From Paraspadella gotoi (Eukaryota; Animalia; Chaetognatha): 64,000 bases of DNA. Of this stretch, positions 37,844-53,100 are shown one piece after another (position 1 is the first letter of the stretch; each line of letters starts with the position of its first letter). Location of the stretch: assembly GCA_051294375.1 (NCBI GenBank), contig CM119264.1, forward strand, positions 14,968,682-15,032,681, in the 5' to 3' direction. The notes under the pieces were generated by a model. It was not told the origin of the DNA and made no database searches. It worked only from the letters and a program-made list of their open reading frames with translations. The translations under genes and the position numbers were made by a program.

Positions 37844-40272
37844 TCTCTTTTTTTTTTTTGTAATCCACTCTTATCCGAGAAGAAATCCCATTATGATTCT
37901 GCCAGTGTCGGAACACTCGGAAATCCGCTTTGAATTTTTCGAAAAAAACCGTCATCCGTTTTTTTTTTTTTTGGTTTTTTTTTTTGGAACTGACGCTCGT
38001 TTTGTCCCTGAGAGGCGGAGAAAGACGGGGAAGTCGGGGGGGAAGTCGGGAGGGGGGGGCAAGGAGTAGAAGCTCCTTCGCGTTTCAAGGAAGATTCTAT
38101 AAGTTCGTCTTCGTTTCAAACGCAGTTTTCCGCTACTAATTACTTGTAGTTTTTAATCAAGCGAAGCTTAGCAATTTTTTTTTTGCTCTTCGTCCCAAAA
38201 CTCTTCTACAAATTTTAATCAAAAAAAGAGCTTGGATGGTTTTCAGTTCACTCATGTTAGTTCAACATGATGGTGACTTTGCCTTAAGGCCAATCTGCAA
38301 TGGACATCACATTAATATATGGCACGAACACGCTAAAAAAAATACCCTGCGGACAAACTTTCAAGAACAAAGCACAACAGAAGAGTTGGCAAGTCTCAGT
38401 TACAAACGGTGATGTATGGTAAAGGCAACCAGTGGCGAATATTAATTGAAAAAAAATTAAATACGGTGAAAAAAAAAGAAGACACTTTAAATTCTTAATT
38501 GCGCGCGTTTTATGCATGTATTTAAAATATTTTTATAAGATAAATATAGATTTTTAAAAAAGTAATCCATATGTGAAAGTTAAAAGAAAATCGGTCAAGC
38601 CTTTCAAGAGCTATAGCAATGGGACAAAAACATTTTTAAAAATCTGCAAAAAACCGAAGATGCCGTTCAGCCTCAAATTTTGGGCGTTGTGTTCAAAAAC
38701 TGTTCATGTCATAAAAAATTATGAATGGGAAATATGTATTTTTAAAAGAGGAATCCATGCGTGTAAACTAAAAGAAAATCGGTCGTGTAAGTCAAGAGCT
38801 ATAACATCCTAAGCACACGACGTTAAAAATGCCTGAATTTCCTTCTTCTCTAACGCTCTATTTGAATAGTTATTTTTTTTAAATTATTGCATACAAACGG
38901 ATAGTTACAATTTAACTAAATTTGCTACAATAATATATTGTAGCAAATATAATGGATATTATTTACTTATAATATCTTTCATAATAAAGGAATGTAACAA
39001 GATTTTTGGCACAATGTCTTAGGGTGTCCTATTTTTTTTGGGGGGGGACAGGACTGTATACTGTATAGTTCACAATAATCGCAGTTTAGCATTATTATAC
39101 ATCCCAAACATGCTCATAAAATATTTTATATATCGAGGATGATTCCAAATTGCGATTGGCGAAGTCAAAATAAGTTATAACTTTCTCTCTCTTTTTTGTT
39201 GTCGTCAATCCGTCGTCATGTCGTCATCGTCGTCATTCTCGTCGTCATCGCATTAAATCAAATCTGAAAATATTTCCGGTTTTATCGAAGTCGGAAATAA
39301 TCTCCGTGTTTGTTTTATCCCGCCGTCGCTAACGAAAACTTCTTAACAACATTGATTCTCGCAGCGCCTAAGGACCGAAGTTCGTTTAATAAAAGATATT
39401 TTTGTCATCGATTTTATCAATGCGCACTGTATGCACCAACTTTACGTTTACGTCTGGATCGGAAAGCGGTTTTACGCTGAAAAAAATTAATTAAGGATTC
39501 ATGACTTCCGGGGAGGAGGATAGGAGGGAAAGAGGCCTGGGATCGAAAGGGGTGCGCCGCATAAATGATTATACGCGGCGGGCGGGGAGCGGCGCCTCGG
39601 AGCGGCGGCGTCGGCGTCCGGGCGGCGTCCTTGTCAAATGAAAAAAAGTGCGAACGAGAAGCACCGGGACGGCAATGGAAGCAAGAGGAACGACCAAACG
39701 AAGAGGACGGACAGAACGGACCGACCGACGCAGGGAGCTTAATTCGTCACATTCGGACTAAAACGTTGGTGGAACCGAGACAGGGAAGAGGAGAGAGAGA
39801 CGAGAAGAGAAAGAGAGAGAGAGAGACGAGAGAGAGACGAGAGACGAGAAGGAGAAGAGAGAGAGAGGAGAGAAGAGGATAGATAGAAAAGAGAGAGAGA
39901 GAAAGATGAGAGGAGAGAGTATGTTAGAGAGACAAGATGAAGAGGGAAGAGAGAGAGAGAGAGAACAGAGAGAGAGAGAGAGGGAGAGAGAGAGAGAGAG
40001 AGAGAGAGAAATGATTGTTTCCATTTCTAATATACTGTTTTTTTATTATCTTAAAAAACAAAACTTTTATTTTAACTTTTTTTGTGCTTCATCCTTGTTT
40101 CTTCGGATCGTTCGGGCGAGAAAAGATGCGAGCGAAAAAATATAAAATCGTCGTCGAGGGCGAAACTCAATTCGTCGGTTCTCCTTCATAAGATGGTCAC
40201 TCCAACGTTGATCGATTCTCTCATCAAATGAGGCTCTCGCTCTATCTCTCTCTCTCTTCTCTTCTCGTCTCG

Positions 40273-40306
<34 letters not shown>

Positions 40307-41045
40307 TCTCTCATCCTCTCTCTCTCCTTCTCTTTGCTTCTGTTGAGCAACTTGAGTCAAGTCCATCGAGAAGCACAAATCAACTTTTGCTCAAGTTTTT
40401 TTTTTTTCAAAATTTCCCATCGTTTGTTGGGTTTTTCTTTCTCTTTATGTTTTCTTTCAAATTTTCCCCCATCTTTCGTCTTTTTTCCCTTTCAAGATTC
40501 TTCCAATTTAGTTTTCCTTTCTTTTATACAGCTTTTTTTTTTTTTTTAATTGTGCCGTTCCTTTCGAACTTTCTTTCTCCTTTCATACGCTTCGGTTTTT
40601 CACGCTTCCAGTTTAATTGTTTTGTTCTTTCTTACTCTCCTTTCTTTCTTTCCTCCCTTTCTTCGTCGCCGTTTTCCCTCTATCGGATCTCTTCAACTTT
40701 CCCTTCTCTTACTTTCCCCCCTTATCCTTTCGTATTCTTTCTTATCCATTCAGTCTTTTCTTCCCTGATGATTTAAAATTCTCCTCCCTCCCCCCCGTTC
40801 AGCTTTTTTCTTTGCCTTCAATGACCTCTCTTCCATTCCAACTCGTCTCTCTCCTTTCTTCGCTTTTTTTAATCTTCGCTCGATTCAATTCCACGATACG
40901 ATTCTTCCTGTCTCTATTATTTTCTACTCTTTAACTCTTCTTTTTTTTTATTTTTCTCTTTCTCGTCCCGCCATCTTCATAGTCCCTTTTTTAATATTTT
41001 TCTCGCGTATTCATCTATCTTCTTCTCTTGTTTTCTTATTCTTTT
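37844..41045 (+). repeat. Near-identical copy of ~31154-35250, probable assembly artefact
   Basis: Starts after a 25-N gap (37819-37843); indel-rich identity. Confidence 0.8.
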
Positions 41046-43232
41046 TTGGATGCCTAGAGAGACTAGCAGAAGTTTTTTATGGTTCTCTTTTAGAACCTAC
41101 CCTGTTATTCTTTACTTTCCACTCAAAAAAGCAATCTTTCTTTACCAATGGATCTACATCTCACATATTGTTAATATTTATCTTCCTTTGTTACGTCATT
41201 ATTGTTATTATTGATATTTATTGATATGAATATATGCTGTTATTGCAAAGCTTTTAAGTTCATTCAATTTGTTTAAAGTACTAATTTTAAACGTGAACAA
41301 ATTAAGAATTTGTTTTATGATTTTAATTGAACCAAGTGGTTCTGACGATGCTTGTTGCCGTCTGAAGAAGTTGGCGATTCGCCACATTAATCTTTATTTG
41401 GTAAGAGAGAGGAAACACTTACCAATCAGATATTTGCCAAAGAAATCCTCAGGCCCCCTTTTTTTCAAAAACAACGCCGGGAAAGTTTAATCAAATTTTG
41501 TTTTTATACTCAGTTATAACAAAGAACCGTAGTCACAAAAGTTTGTTGGCCCCTTTGTTTTTTTTTTCTCGTCGTGTAAGCATTGCATTGGGAACATAAA
41601 TTTATTTGAGTGAACAAAACAAGGATATTTAGAGTGAGATAGTAATGATTATTTTGACAATAAATTGGTTAAAATAGAAAAACCTTAAATAATCATCATC
41701 ATCCATCATCAAATTGGCTGAATTTTATAGTTTTTTTTCATTTTTCGTTAATAAAACAACAAATTTGGTGAAAAAGTTGCTATTAATAACCTTTATCTAC
41801 CACTTTTAAGCTCTATCAAAATCTATTGAAAATGATTTTAAAATTAAAAAAAAATCTTTAAACTCTAATATAGTAATAAAAATAATATTTAATGCTTTCC
41901 GTGCGCTTATTAAGAAGTGTCGCTGTAGTATTCATATACCCTGCACCTCGTCGAGAATCAGCGCACTATGACGCCGCAGGTAGCACGAGCACCCCAACCA
42001 AGGCACTCGGGTTTGCTCCCTGCTGATTCATCACACATAAAGCGGGCCGGGCCGTCTAACATACATGGGACGGACTACAAGTCCAAAAATGTAAAAAATA
42101 GGTCAAATCTCCACTTTTTTTCAACAACTTGTAGTAGAAACTATATATGATGAAGCGTTTGGTGGTCATTTTTGCAAGCTTTAACCTAAAATATCATGTA
42201 AATTTTAAAAAAGTTTTTTAGTTTTTTCCGGGGAACGAAAGCTGATATTAAAATTAAAAAATAAAAAAATATGATTAGAAATTTTAATTGATTTATAGAA
42301 TATTACTATAAGAAATTCAATTATGATATGTTATGATACTATATATACTATATTTTGAAAAAATAGCTTAATTATTTTTATTACATAATACAAAGGCAGC
42401 CAAAAAATATTGTTCCAATCGCCAATCTTTCATCACCCACCCTAGTGTACAATGTCATTGTTACAATATTGGTAAGAAATATCTAAAAAAAGGAATTTTT
42501 TGCATTTTGCGTTTAATTTAACTGTCAGTGGCAATTACTGTCATTTGGGAGTCCTTCTCCCTCAGAATACTTTCTTCTTGACTCAATTGTTATTTGTTTT
42601 AAACCTAGGGAGCATTTTTCTCAGTTTTTAACTATCACAACACATCCAAATAAACATAAAAATAGATCCAGTTTGTCTTTTTTCTTTCAAATTCCCAGAC
42701 GGCAATTTGCTGCAGCAAGGAAGGGGCAGATGCTCTCTCTTCAACATTCCGGCGGAAAAAATTCAAAAGATTTCTGATTCGCATGCGAACGAGAAGAAAA
42801 ACTTTTTGAAGGGGAAAATATTCTTTGTAAAGAGCTAGGGGGCTAGTAAAAATTCAAAGAATTATAATTGATAATGACAAAATCAATAACTAGTTTACCG
42901 AAGAAACTTTTCTAGCAATAGAAATAAAAACTTAAACCACACAATACATTTTTGAAGGGAAAGGAGAAACCACAAAATAATTGATGGCAAAATTGTTTAG
43001 TTAGATATTTAAATGGCTATAGTAGATTGATTCAATTATACATTTTGAATTGAAAAATCGTAATTCAATTTATGTCAAATCCTTTCTGATCTGACTGTTA
43101 TCTTTGTAATATGAATGACATGGGGTAAGAGTGCTAATTGATCTAAAGAAATATTTCACGTTTGCAAATTTTTCCAAACATTTTATTACATTTATATATT
43201 CTTATCGNNNNNNNNNNNNNNNNNNNNNNNNN

Positions 43233-45950
43233 TTTTATCTTTAACTTTTTGTGCTTCATCTTGTTTCATTTCGATCGTTCGGGCGAGAAAGATCGAGCGA
43301 AAAAATAAAAATCGTCGTCGAGGGCGAAACTCAATTCGTCGGTTCTCCTTTCATAAGATTGTCACTCAACGTTGAATCGATTCTCTCATCAAATGAGGCT
43401 CTCGCTCNNNNNNNNNNNNNNNNNNNNNNNNNNNNNNNNNNNNNNNNNNNNNNNNNNNNNNNNNNGATGAAGCAAAATCAACTTTTGCTCAAGTTTTTTT
43501 TTCAAATTTCTCGTCTGTTGGGTTTTTCTTTCTCTTTATGTTTTTCTTTCAAATTTTCCCCATTTTCGTCTTTTTCCCTTTCAAATTCTCTCCATTTTAG
43601 TTTTCCTTTCTTTACAGCTTTTTTTTTTTTTTAATTGTGCGTCTTCCTTTCGACTTTCTTTCTCCTTTCATACGCCTTCGGTCTTTCACGCTTTCCAGTT
43701 TTAATGTTTTGTTTCCTTTCTTACTCTCCTTTCCTTTCCTTTCCTCCCTTTCTTCGTCCGCCGTTTTCCCTCTATCGGCGTCCTCTTCAACTTTCCCTTT
43801 CTTCTTACTTTCCTCCCCTTTCCTTTCGTATTCTTTCCTTATCCTATTCAGTCTTTTCTTCCCTGATGATTTAAAATTCTTCCTCCCTCTCCCCCCCCCG
43901 TTCAGCTTTTTTCTTTGCCTTCAATGAACCTCCTCTCTCCCATCGCAACTCGTCTCCTTCTCCTTTCTTTCCTTTTTTAATCTTCCTCGATTCAATTCCA
44001 CGATACGATCTTCCTGTCCTCTATTATTTTCTATTTTACTTTCCTTTTTTATTTTTCTCTCTCGTCCCGCCAATCTTCATAGTCTTTTTAATATTTTTCT
44101 CGCTTTCATCTTCTTCCTCTTTTTTCTTTTCTTTTCTCTCTTCTCTCCATTTTTCCTTTCTCCAACTTCCTCTCCCCATCACTTTTCTTTCCTTCTTCAA
44201 AGACGCTTTTTTCGGTGCGACATTGACGCATCGCCACCGTCCGGTCGTCGTCGCCATTTTGTTGTTTTTGCTGTTTCTGTTGTTGTTGTTGTTGTTTTAT
44301 TGTTGTTATCGTTAGTTTTAGTGCCGAGAGAAAAACGCTGCAATCTTCAATGATCTTTATTAAATAACTCAAGATTTCGATTAATATTACATGTTTATAA
44401 ATCTTAACCACATATTTTTTGATCGTTTCTTCTTTCCTCTAAATTTCTTTTTCTTTCCTACTTTTCCCCTCCAACGTTCCCCCTCACCCCACGATTAAGA
44501 TGTCTGGCGTCTCTTCGAGGAATCAATAGATTGATGTAAGTTTGGAAGCTGAGTCAAAATCAACATCGGTAGACACGTACATCTCTGTCTCNNNNNNNNN
44601 NNNNNNNNNNNNNNNNNNNNNNNNNNNNNNNNNNNNNNNNNNNNNNNNNNNNNNNNNNNNNNNNNNNNNNNNNNNNNNNNNNNNNNNNNNNNNNNNNNNN
44701 NNNNNNNNNNNNNNNNNNNNNNNNNNNNNNNNNNNNNNNNNNNNNNNNNNNNNNNNNNNNNNNNNNNNNNNNNNNNNNNNNNNNNNNNNNNNNNNNNNNN
44801 NNNNNNNNNNNNNNNNNNNNNNNNNNNNNNNNNNNNNNNNNNNNNNNNNNNNNNNNNNNNNNNNNNNNNNNNNNNNNNNNNNNNNNNNNNNNTAAAAAAT
44901 GCGATGCTCAAAATTAATTAAATGAATTCGTATTGCTTTTCAGAAAAAACTTTTTCAAAAAAAGTTATATATATATATATAATAATTATCAGACTAAATT
45001 ACAAATCGCATCATGAAATGAATCCGTAATCCGAATCAGTCGGTGACGCTTAAACAAAAATATTCGAGTGAAACTTCAAAAAACCGAAAGGAGCTGAAAA
45101 AAAAATAAAAAAGTTTGTGAAAAAAAAAGAAAGCTTTTTCGATGGCAATTGAAATCGTCAGAAAAAAAGTTTGAGATAAAAAACTAAGTACGAAAACGAG
45201 GGNNNNNNNNNNNNNNNNNNNNNNNNNNNNNNNNNNNNNNNNNNNNNNNNNNNNNNNNNNNNNNNNNNNNNNNNNNNNNNNNNNNNNNNNNNNNNNNNNN
45301 NNNNNNNNNNNNNNNNNNNNNNNNNNNNNNNNNNNNNNNNNNNNNNNNNNNNNNNNNNNNNNNNNNNNNNNNNNNNNNNNNNNNNNNNNNNNNNNNNNNN
45401 NNNNNNNNNNNNNNNNNNNNNNNNNNNNNNNNNNNNNNNNNNNNNNNNATAAACAAATAAAAAAAAAAAGAACAAGCGAAAAAAAAGTGAGAAAGAGTCG
45501 TTGGGAGGAGGAAGAGGAGGACGAGAAAAGAATAAACTACAACGAAGTGAATACAACGGAGCCGACGACGACGACGACCGACGAAAACAAGATGGCGACT
45601 GCGACGCGATCGACGCCGAAAGAGAAAACAACGAGCCGCAAGATGTCTCCCCCGAGAAGAGAGGCGGCGGTTTTAGTCGCGGCTGCTCTTTTGTTTCTCA
45701 CGACGACCACAAATCTGGCGGCGGAAAAAGTCTTCAACAAAATTCGTCGCGTGGCCGCCATCGGCTCCACCGTCACCTTCAAGGTGAGAACGAGAGAGAN
45801 NNNNNNNNNNNNNNNNNNNNNNNNNNNNNNNNNNNNNNNNNNNNNNNNNNNNNNNNNNNNNNNNNNNNNNNNNNNNNNNNNNNNNNNNNNNNNNNNNNNN
45901 NNNNNNNNNNNNNNNNNNNNNNNNNNNNNNNNNNNNNNNNNNNNNNNNNN

Positions 45951-45986
<36 letters not shown>

Positions 45987-46710
45987 GCAAGGTCTTGGCT
46001 AACCTCAAATGTTTGTAGTTTGTTCTCGCGGTTTCTTCAATTAAAAAAAGAAAAGAAGTAATTCGAGCGACCAACGAAGATTAATCGGTTTAATCGAAGG
46101 AAGGAGGTTCAAAGATCTCAAGTTGTCCAATCAATATAACCACCGTCGACTTTGAATTTCCGATTCCAACTTCAATCTTTATTATTTCTTTAGTTTTATA
46201 CATTTTTTTAATTTTTTTTTTAAGAAGAAGAGGGGGGTGTGTGGGACACCGATCGAATTTATAGTAAGAAAAGGTCTTTTACGGGGCCCATAACTTAGTA
46301 CGTTGTTTAGAGAGTTTTAGGGGCCCTGGAGGACCCGGCGCCGTCGTCGGTCGCGTGAAATGCGAGCTTCCCGTCCTCTTGTGCTGGGGGGCGGGAGGTG
46401 GAGGAAGAGATACGGCTTAGGAGGGGAAAGAAAAGAAATGGGATAACAGGTGATCAAAATGATGTGGATCATGGCTGAGGAGAGAAGAAACGACGTGTAG
46501 AGACGACACTTAAAATATAAACGAACGAGAGGAACTGAGGTGATAAATGAGTAGATTAAGAATGACAATTACAATAGATATCAAATGTGGCCTAAGCTCT
46601 CAAATGTGTAATTTCGAATTTTTGGAGTTTGAATTAAGTAAAGGACTCCGGATTCAGTATAGGGTCATAAAAAATTGAAAAGACGGTGAAGAGATAGCGA
46701 TCGACAGATC
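43233..46710 (+). repeat. Near-identical copy of ~33948-37818, probable assembly artefact
   Basis: Starts after a 25-N gap (43208-43232); N runs sit where the other copy has AG microsatellites or A-rich tracts. Confidence 0.8.
45592..45783 (+). CDS. Coding exon 1 of an Ig-superfamily secreted/cell-surface protein (signal peptide plus start of the Ig domain)
   Basis: MATATRSTPKEKTTSRKMSPPRREAAVLVAAALLFLTTTTNLAAEKVFNKIRRVAAIGSTVTFK|gtgaga (alternative ATG at 45643). Hydrophobic signal core; ...GSTVTFK is the Ig A'-B strand pattern preceding the first Cys; phase-0 donor. Confidence 0.75.
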
Positions 46711-46779
46711 TTTTCAAAATCTGCCATGACAATTGAGAGGTTAGACGTTTAAATGAAATGGAATAAGAGTGGAATGAGG

Positions 46780-46990
46780 CTTGTCCAAGGTTGGCAAAAA
46801 AGTCTCTCCATGTCGTCAAAGGTTGGCAAATTCGACAAGACTCCCAAGAAGATTATCTCAAGTCGGCGTTGGTTATTTTCAAGTCGGATAAAGTCCTCCA
46901 AGGCCAACGGGGAAGGCTCAGAGTCGGCAAAGGTCATCCACGGTCGGCAAAGGTCATCCACGGTCGTCAACGGTCGGCAAAGGTCAGGAA
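46780..46990 (+). repeat. Degenerate 10/20-bp tandem repeats (GGTCGGCAAAGGTCATCCAC)
   Basis: Read directly; best conserved at 46923-46987. Confidence 0.7.
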
Positions 46991-48267
46991 AGAACAGAAA
47001 CAGCGAACCTGGATTCTGAGGAAACGACAGCGAAAAGGCGGGAAGAAATGAGAAGAAAAGAAAGGAATGAATGGGGAAAGGGTCAGGATTAAGGAGGAGA
47101 GAAACTGCCATGAAACTTGAAAGGGAGAGCGAGAAGGAAGAGAAAATAAGGGAACGACGAAATTTAGTTGATCAATTCAAGACAAAAAAAAAATTTAAAC
47201 TTCCCATTTATTTTAAATTGAATTTCATAATCATAAAGTTCGAAACAATTTGAGAAAAAGGCGATGTCTAAATTTAATGCAATAAATATTTTTTAAATCT
47301 CGCCAAAGCTTTAAAATTTGATGGTGAATGTCTGGATTTCAAGGTGAGGTCTCAAGACGTTTGTCCCTTTTAAATTTTATTCAATTCAATCGTCCTATCA
47401 TGTTACCAGATTTTTGTGAAAAAAAAAAAGAATCCAAGGCTTTCTGGTTTCCTATACGAAAAGCGAATAATGTTGTAATAATCCATTATTAATTCGATCG
47501 ATGCTTTCTAAATCGATAAGAACGACTGCAGACGGAAAGCAGATGCTGCTTAAGAGATGGAGTCGGAGAAAGTTACAGAGAGAGAAAGAGAAAGAGAGAG
47601 AGAGAGAGGGAGTTGCAGTTGACTGATTAGCGTTTCCTTCTTTTCATTTCCAACGAATTCTTAAATTCATCTCCGCAACTCAAGAAATCTTTTCTTTGTC
47701 TCCAACTTCATCTCAGTGAAAAAATCTCATCGATTAAAAAAGAGAAAAATCGGAAGGAAGAGGAAGAGAGTGGGAAGTGGAAAAGCGGAGTTGGACTGAA
47801 AGGAACTGAGGAAAAATATTTAGGGAAAAGGGGAAGGAAAGAATTAATAAAAAAAAACGGGGAAAGTGGCAGAGGAAGAAAAATTTTCAAAAAGAGAGAA
47901 AAGAACATATTATTTTTTATCTGGAAAGGGATTTCAAGATGGAAAGAAGAGACAAGATAAAATAAAGCGATTAGAGAGTTTTGGTTTATACCGAAAAACC
48001 TTTTTAAGTGAGAAAAAAAAGAAAGGGAAAAGGAAGGAAAAGGAAAGAGAAAAGGAAGGAAAAGGGAAGAGAAAAAGAAGGAAAAGTAAAGAGAAAAGGA
48101 AGGAAAGGGGAAGAGAAAAGGAAGGAAAAGGAAAGAGAAAAGGAAGGAAAAGGAAAGCGCGGAAAAAAGATGAGGCATGGAATGGTTTAGTGAAAATGAG
48201 GAGGGATGAAAGGGAAACAGGAGAAAGGGAAAGGAAAAAGAGGCGAGAGAGATTGGCGTCAAGGAAT

Positions 48268-48323
<56 letters not shown>

Positions 48324-48598
48324 CGTGACAAGGAGACCCGACGAAGTCATTCACCAATTTGGTCGCGGCAACATCCTGCGAACTCAAAATGCTCCATTTC
48401 GCTTTTCTCTTTCCAGTAAACTACGTCCCATTTGCCTCAACAGTGCGCGATTGTTTAGATACAAGTCACCAAACTATGTAGTTCATTTCTGTTTCCATTT
48501 TTTTTTGTCTCAAAACAAAATACCACTAAGGTTTCTCCGGCTGTTGTTTTTCTTGCTTTCCATCAACATCTACGCTATTTTCTGTTTCGCTCCGTGAG

Positions 48599-48700
<102 letters not shown>

Positions 48701-48766
48701 AGAGAAGAGCGAGAGAGAGACGAGAGAGAGAAGGAGAAGAGAGAGAGAGACGCAGAGAGAGAGAGC

Positions 48767-48797
<31 letters not shown>

Positions 48798-49412
48798 GAG
48801 AGGAGAGAGTTCGCGAATCTTGCTAAGGTTGATAAAAGTGCAACTGCGAGCTTTAGTGACCTTCTTCGAGAGCGATAGCTTGCAGTGGCAAGCAATTTAC
48901 TGCCGCTGTCAGCAGCTCTAGCTTTTTTTGTCTGCAGGTTCCGCCGGTGTTTCTTTGATCCGCCTGATCACTTGACTGTTCCCATCAACAAAAAACTAAT
49001 GAGGGCGCAGGAAACCTGATGCCTCTCATCTTCTTCCGAGCGAGAGCGACATCTAACGAAAACAATCACGAACGACGACAACGAATAATTTCGCGAGGAG
49101 CAGAAAATTAATACATGATTCATTTCGTTCTCGTCGTTAAGCACGCAGCGTAACGTTATCCATAACTCGCACCCAACTACCGGAACAAATTTGTAACAAT
49201 TTGTAACGTGAGCTTACTTTATTTTTAATCAAGGCGACCTACTAATATTTTAACTAATTCTATCGCTGTAGAGATTCTCTTAATGCTTCTCGAGTTGATT
49301 TTGCGATCAAAAAAGGAGAGAGAGAGTTTCTCTTTAATTAGGTGAAGATGAAGAAGATAATAAAAAAGATAAGAAACGAATGAAGAGACGAAAATTGGAT
49401 GAGACTCTCTCA

Positions 49413-49470
<58 letters not shown>

Positions 49471-51004
49471 TTTGCGCAGCGAAATGCCTCATTAGATTCC
49501 AAGGAAGGGTTTCCCGCGATAAGGTTCCCCCATATTTTCCGACTTCTCGGTGAATACATCACTCCTTTCTTCCTCCTCACCTACTTAACCTTTTGCTCCG
49601 CGAGCTAATGCCCTTTTTCTTCCCAATTTTATTCCAGTTTTTTCCTGAAATTTTTTCGTTCGAATTTTAAATTCGAGTTTTAACTTAGAATTAAAAAACA
49701 AATAAACCAAAGAAGTCCTCTAACAATCAAGATATGCACATTAATCACATTAAAAAGAATTATTCAAGTTTCCCAAGGTTTTTGTATCACACTTGTTTGC
49801 TTTCAAAAATGAAAAACTTTGGTTTCCTTCGATTTTTTTTGTTTTTGTTTTTGTTTTAGTTTTCGCCGAAAGGGGAAACCCGTTAAAACACGAGAGACGC
49901 CAGCGGCCGAGTTCCCGTCTTCTTTTCTTCCTCGACTCTCCGTTCCAACCTTGATTGCTTTTCCATCGATTTTATTCTCTGTTAGAAAAAATTGCGATGC
50001 AATTAGGGAGGCAATGAGACAGAGACGGTTCCGCTTCCGCTGGTGGAGGATCCGCCTGGCGATTCTATGAATTAGACGCCGAGAGGGATTAGAGAAGGAA
50101 AGTCTCGGAAAGAAAAAGCGAAGATGGAAAGAGAGATAAAGAAAAGGAAAGAATCTCGACGAGAAAGAAAGACAAAAAGAAAGGAGATCAAGCCGGAAAG
50201 AGAAACAGAAAGAGAAAGGAAAGGAGAGACGCAAATATGTATATATATATTTAATATATGTTAATATATTTAATGGGCTTTCAGTTGAGGAGTCAATGGC
50301 CAAAAAGCGGAGATTGATTTATTTACAATTATGAAGTAAAAAATAATAATGATACAATCATAAGAATAATAACAATAGCGTCAAGAAATAATAAAATCTT
50401 GATTAAAAAAGCAAACAGAGAGCGTGAGAGAGAGAGAGAAAAAAGAAAGAGACTGTGAACTTGTCGATATGTCTCTGTCGTCAAACTCATTCAAATTAGC
50501 ACCTTCGGTTCCATGTTGGATTCCTTCCCATTTCTTTTCATTTTTTCGCTCCTTGCTTTTTACTTTTCAACTTTCTTCTTGCTCCCCCTACTAATTTCTT
50601 TTCATCTATGTTTTCACTTCCTTCTTTGCTATCTTGACGTTACTTTAAAATTAAACCCTCCCCGCTCACTCCTTAACTTTTTTATTTCCTAATTTTTTAT
50701 GTAGTTTATTTTGTTTAATATTCCGTTTTTTTTTCTTTGGCACATCCCTTTTTTTCCTGTTTTCTCCTCTCTCTGTCTTTCGCTTCTGTTCCGGTTCCCT
50801 TCTCTCAGTCTCTCAACCTTTTTGGGTCCCTCTTTCAATTTACACCTGCTTTCCACTAATGATTTTCTGAGTTAACTAATGGCACCGATGTCACTCTCTC
50901 ACAAAGGCCAAAAACTTCTAATTTTTCTCCCAAAGTCTATCTTTCTCTCTTTCTTTTTTTTTTCTTTCTCTCTCTCTCTCTCTCTCTCTCTGCTCCTCTC
51001 CTCT

Positions 51005-51044
<40 letters not shown>

Positions 51045-52102
51045 CTCTCTCTCTCCGTTTCTCTCTCTTTCTCCTTCTCACCACTCTGTTTGGTTACGAA
51101 AGTAATGGCGTGATTTTTTTTTCACCGTTTCAAAGTGACTACCACCGACGTGTTATTGTTAGGTACCGTAACTTAGTAATTCTCGAAAGAGAGCAATTTT
51201 GATATCTTACAAAATCAATCAATCATCTTCTCTTTTCAATTTAAGGAATATAAAAAAAATGATAAAAAAAATTGGGAAAACAAGGAAACAAGAGTAACAA
51301 CAATGGTGGTTTTTTTTTTCTTGTTCAAATCGTTTTCCGATAAAGATTCAAATTTTGAACGTGAATCGACATCTGAGACTCCCCACCTTTTTTCTCTCTA
51401 ATTCCGATCAACCGAAAAACCGATTTTTAGATTTTTTTTCGTTTCTCGCGTTCATCGACCGCGTTTGTTTCGAACACACGTCTTTCTGATCAAAACTGTG
51501 AATTCTTAGACCAGTCACGTGGCTGCGATTGATTAAATATAAAAAAGTTATCGTTTTTCCTCGCGTTTTCTCGGACTATGGAAATCCAAATATATTCCGC
51601 TCTGAGTCATTTGACAGATTTTTAATTTGAGCCATTTCGTCAGTCTAAAAAATTTAAAAAATTTATAAAATTTAAAAAATTTAAAAAAATTATAAACGAT
51701 AAAAAATATATTTTGATGTAATTTTTCTTAAAACAAATCTGAAAAGATGATTTGCTGTACCTTTCATTTAGATAAAGTACTCATAGCACATTTTTAGAAT
51801 TGGCTACATCTAAAAAGAATCGCCTTCGGAGGAGTGAAAAAAGGCTGCAATATTTAAAGGGAAAGCCCTAAGACCAAAATTACATTGTTTTAGAGCTCAC
51901 TTTTCTCTCGGCTGCTGCCGAGCCACCCGCCGCTGCTCCGCCCCGTCTGACTCCCGCCGAATTCTTTTCCGATATTCGTCCTCCTTCGCTTTTTCCATTT
52001 TCTCCCTTTCAACGCGCAAACCCTAATTCCGCTTCTTTTTAGGTGTTTTTTACGGTCACTCCATCTCCCGCCTTTTCTTCGCCTCTCAGCGGTTTTTCCC
52101 GA

Positions 52103-52147
<45 letters not shown>

Positions 52148-53024
52148 CCATTGTTCTACTCTATGTCGTTCTCGCTCTCTCTAAGGTGGGTGGGTTACTG
52201 CTGAGTGACTTTCGGACAGAATAAATTACAGTAGGAAATATCATTCTGATGCGCAGTTGCAGTTCGGTGTAATAGACAGGGATCGAAAGTTTATTAAATA
52301 GCCCGACAGGAAATAAGTACGCTTTTTGTGTTATTGTATGATTGTGTGTTATGCTGGGCATTTGACAAGCGGTGGATGTGGCTACATCGATCTTTATCAG
52401 TAAAGTTCTTCGACAAAAAAAAAACCCCAAAAAATAAAAACTCACTCAAGTTTTAAGCTTCGGTTGGTCGTTCGGCGGTTTTATGTTTGTTCCGTCGGTA
52501 CAAGTTGTTTGTTTTATCGACGTTTGATCTCTGGGTTGGTCGGCCCGTCCGGTGGCCAAGGGTTGGGTTTGAGTGTCCCTTCATTCGGTGGGTTTGTCAG
52601 TTTGTTAGTTTGTCTTTTTGTCTTGAATCTAGATCCGTTTGCCGGTGAAAAAAAAACCCACGAAGAGTCGAGAGCAGCGAGCGAACCGAAAAAAAGGGCC
52701 TCGTTTCGTCTCTCATTTTTGGGATAAAAAGTCATAAAATTTTTTTTTTCTTTTTAAAAGAGAGAAAGAGAGACAGAGAGAGGGGGGAAATAAACAGACT
52801 GGCTGACAGACGGACAGACAGATATATTAAATTCAAATGTATTTTATTCCTTTTTATCTCCCGTTCATAAAACAGTAAAAATTTAAACCTTCGCCACCCC
52901 CCCCCCGCACAAAAAAAAAAGAGATTGATGTCCGAATGGTTGTTAGCAGCGCTGGCCACTTGACCCTATTCATGACCCGGAAAAAGAGTTTGCAAAAAGA
53001 AAGAAAGAAATAAAGAAAGAACGA

Positions 53025-53100
<76 letters not shown>

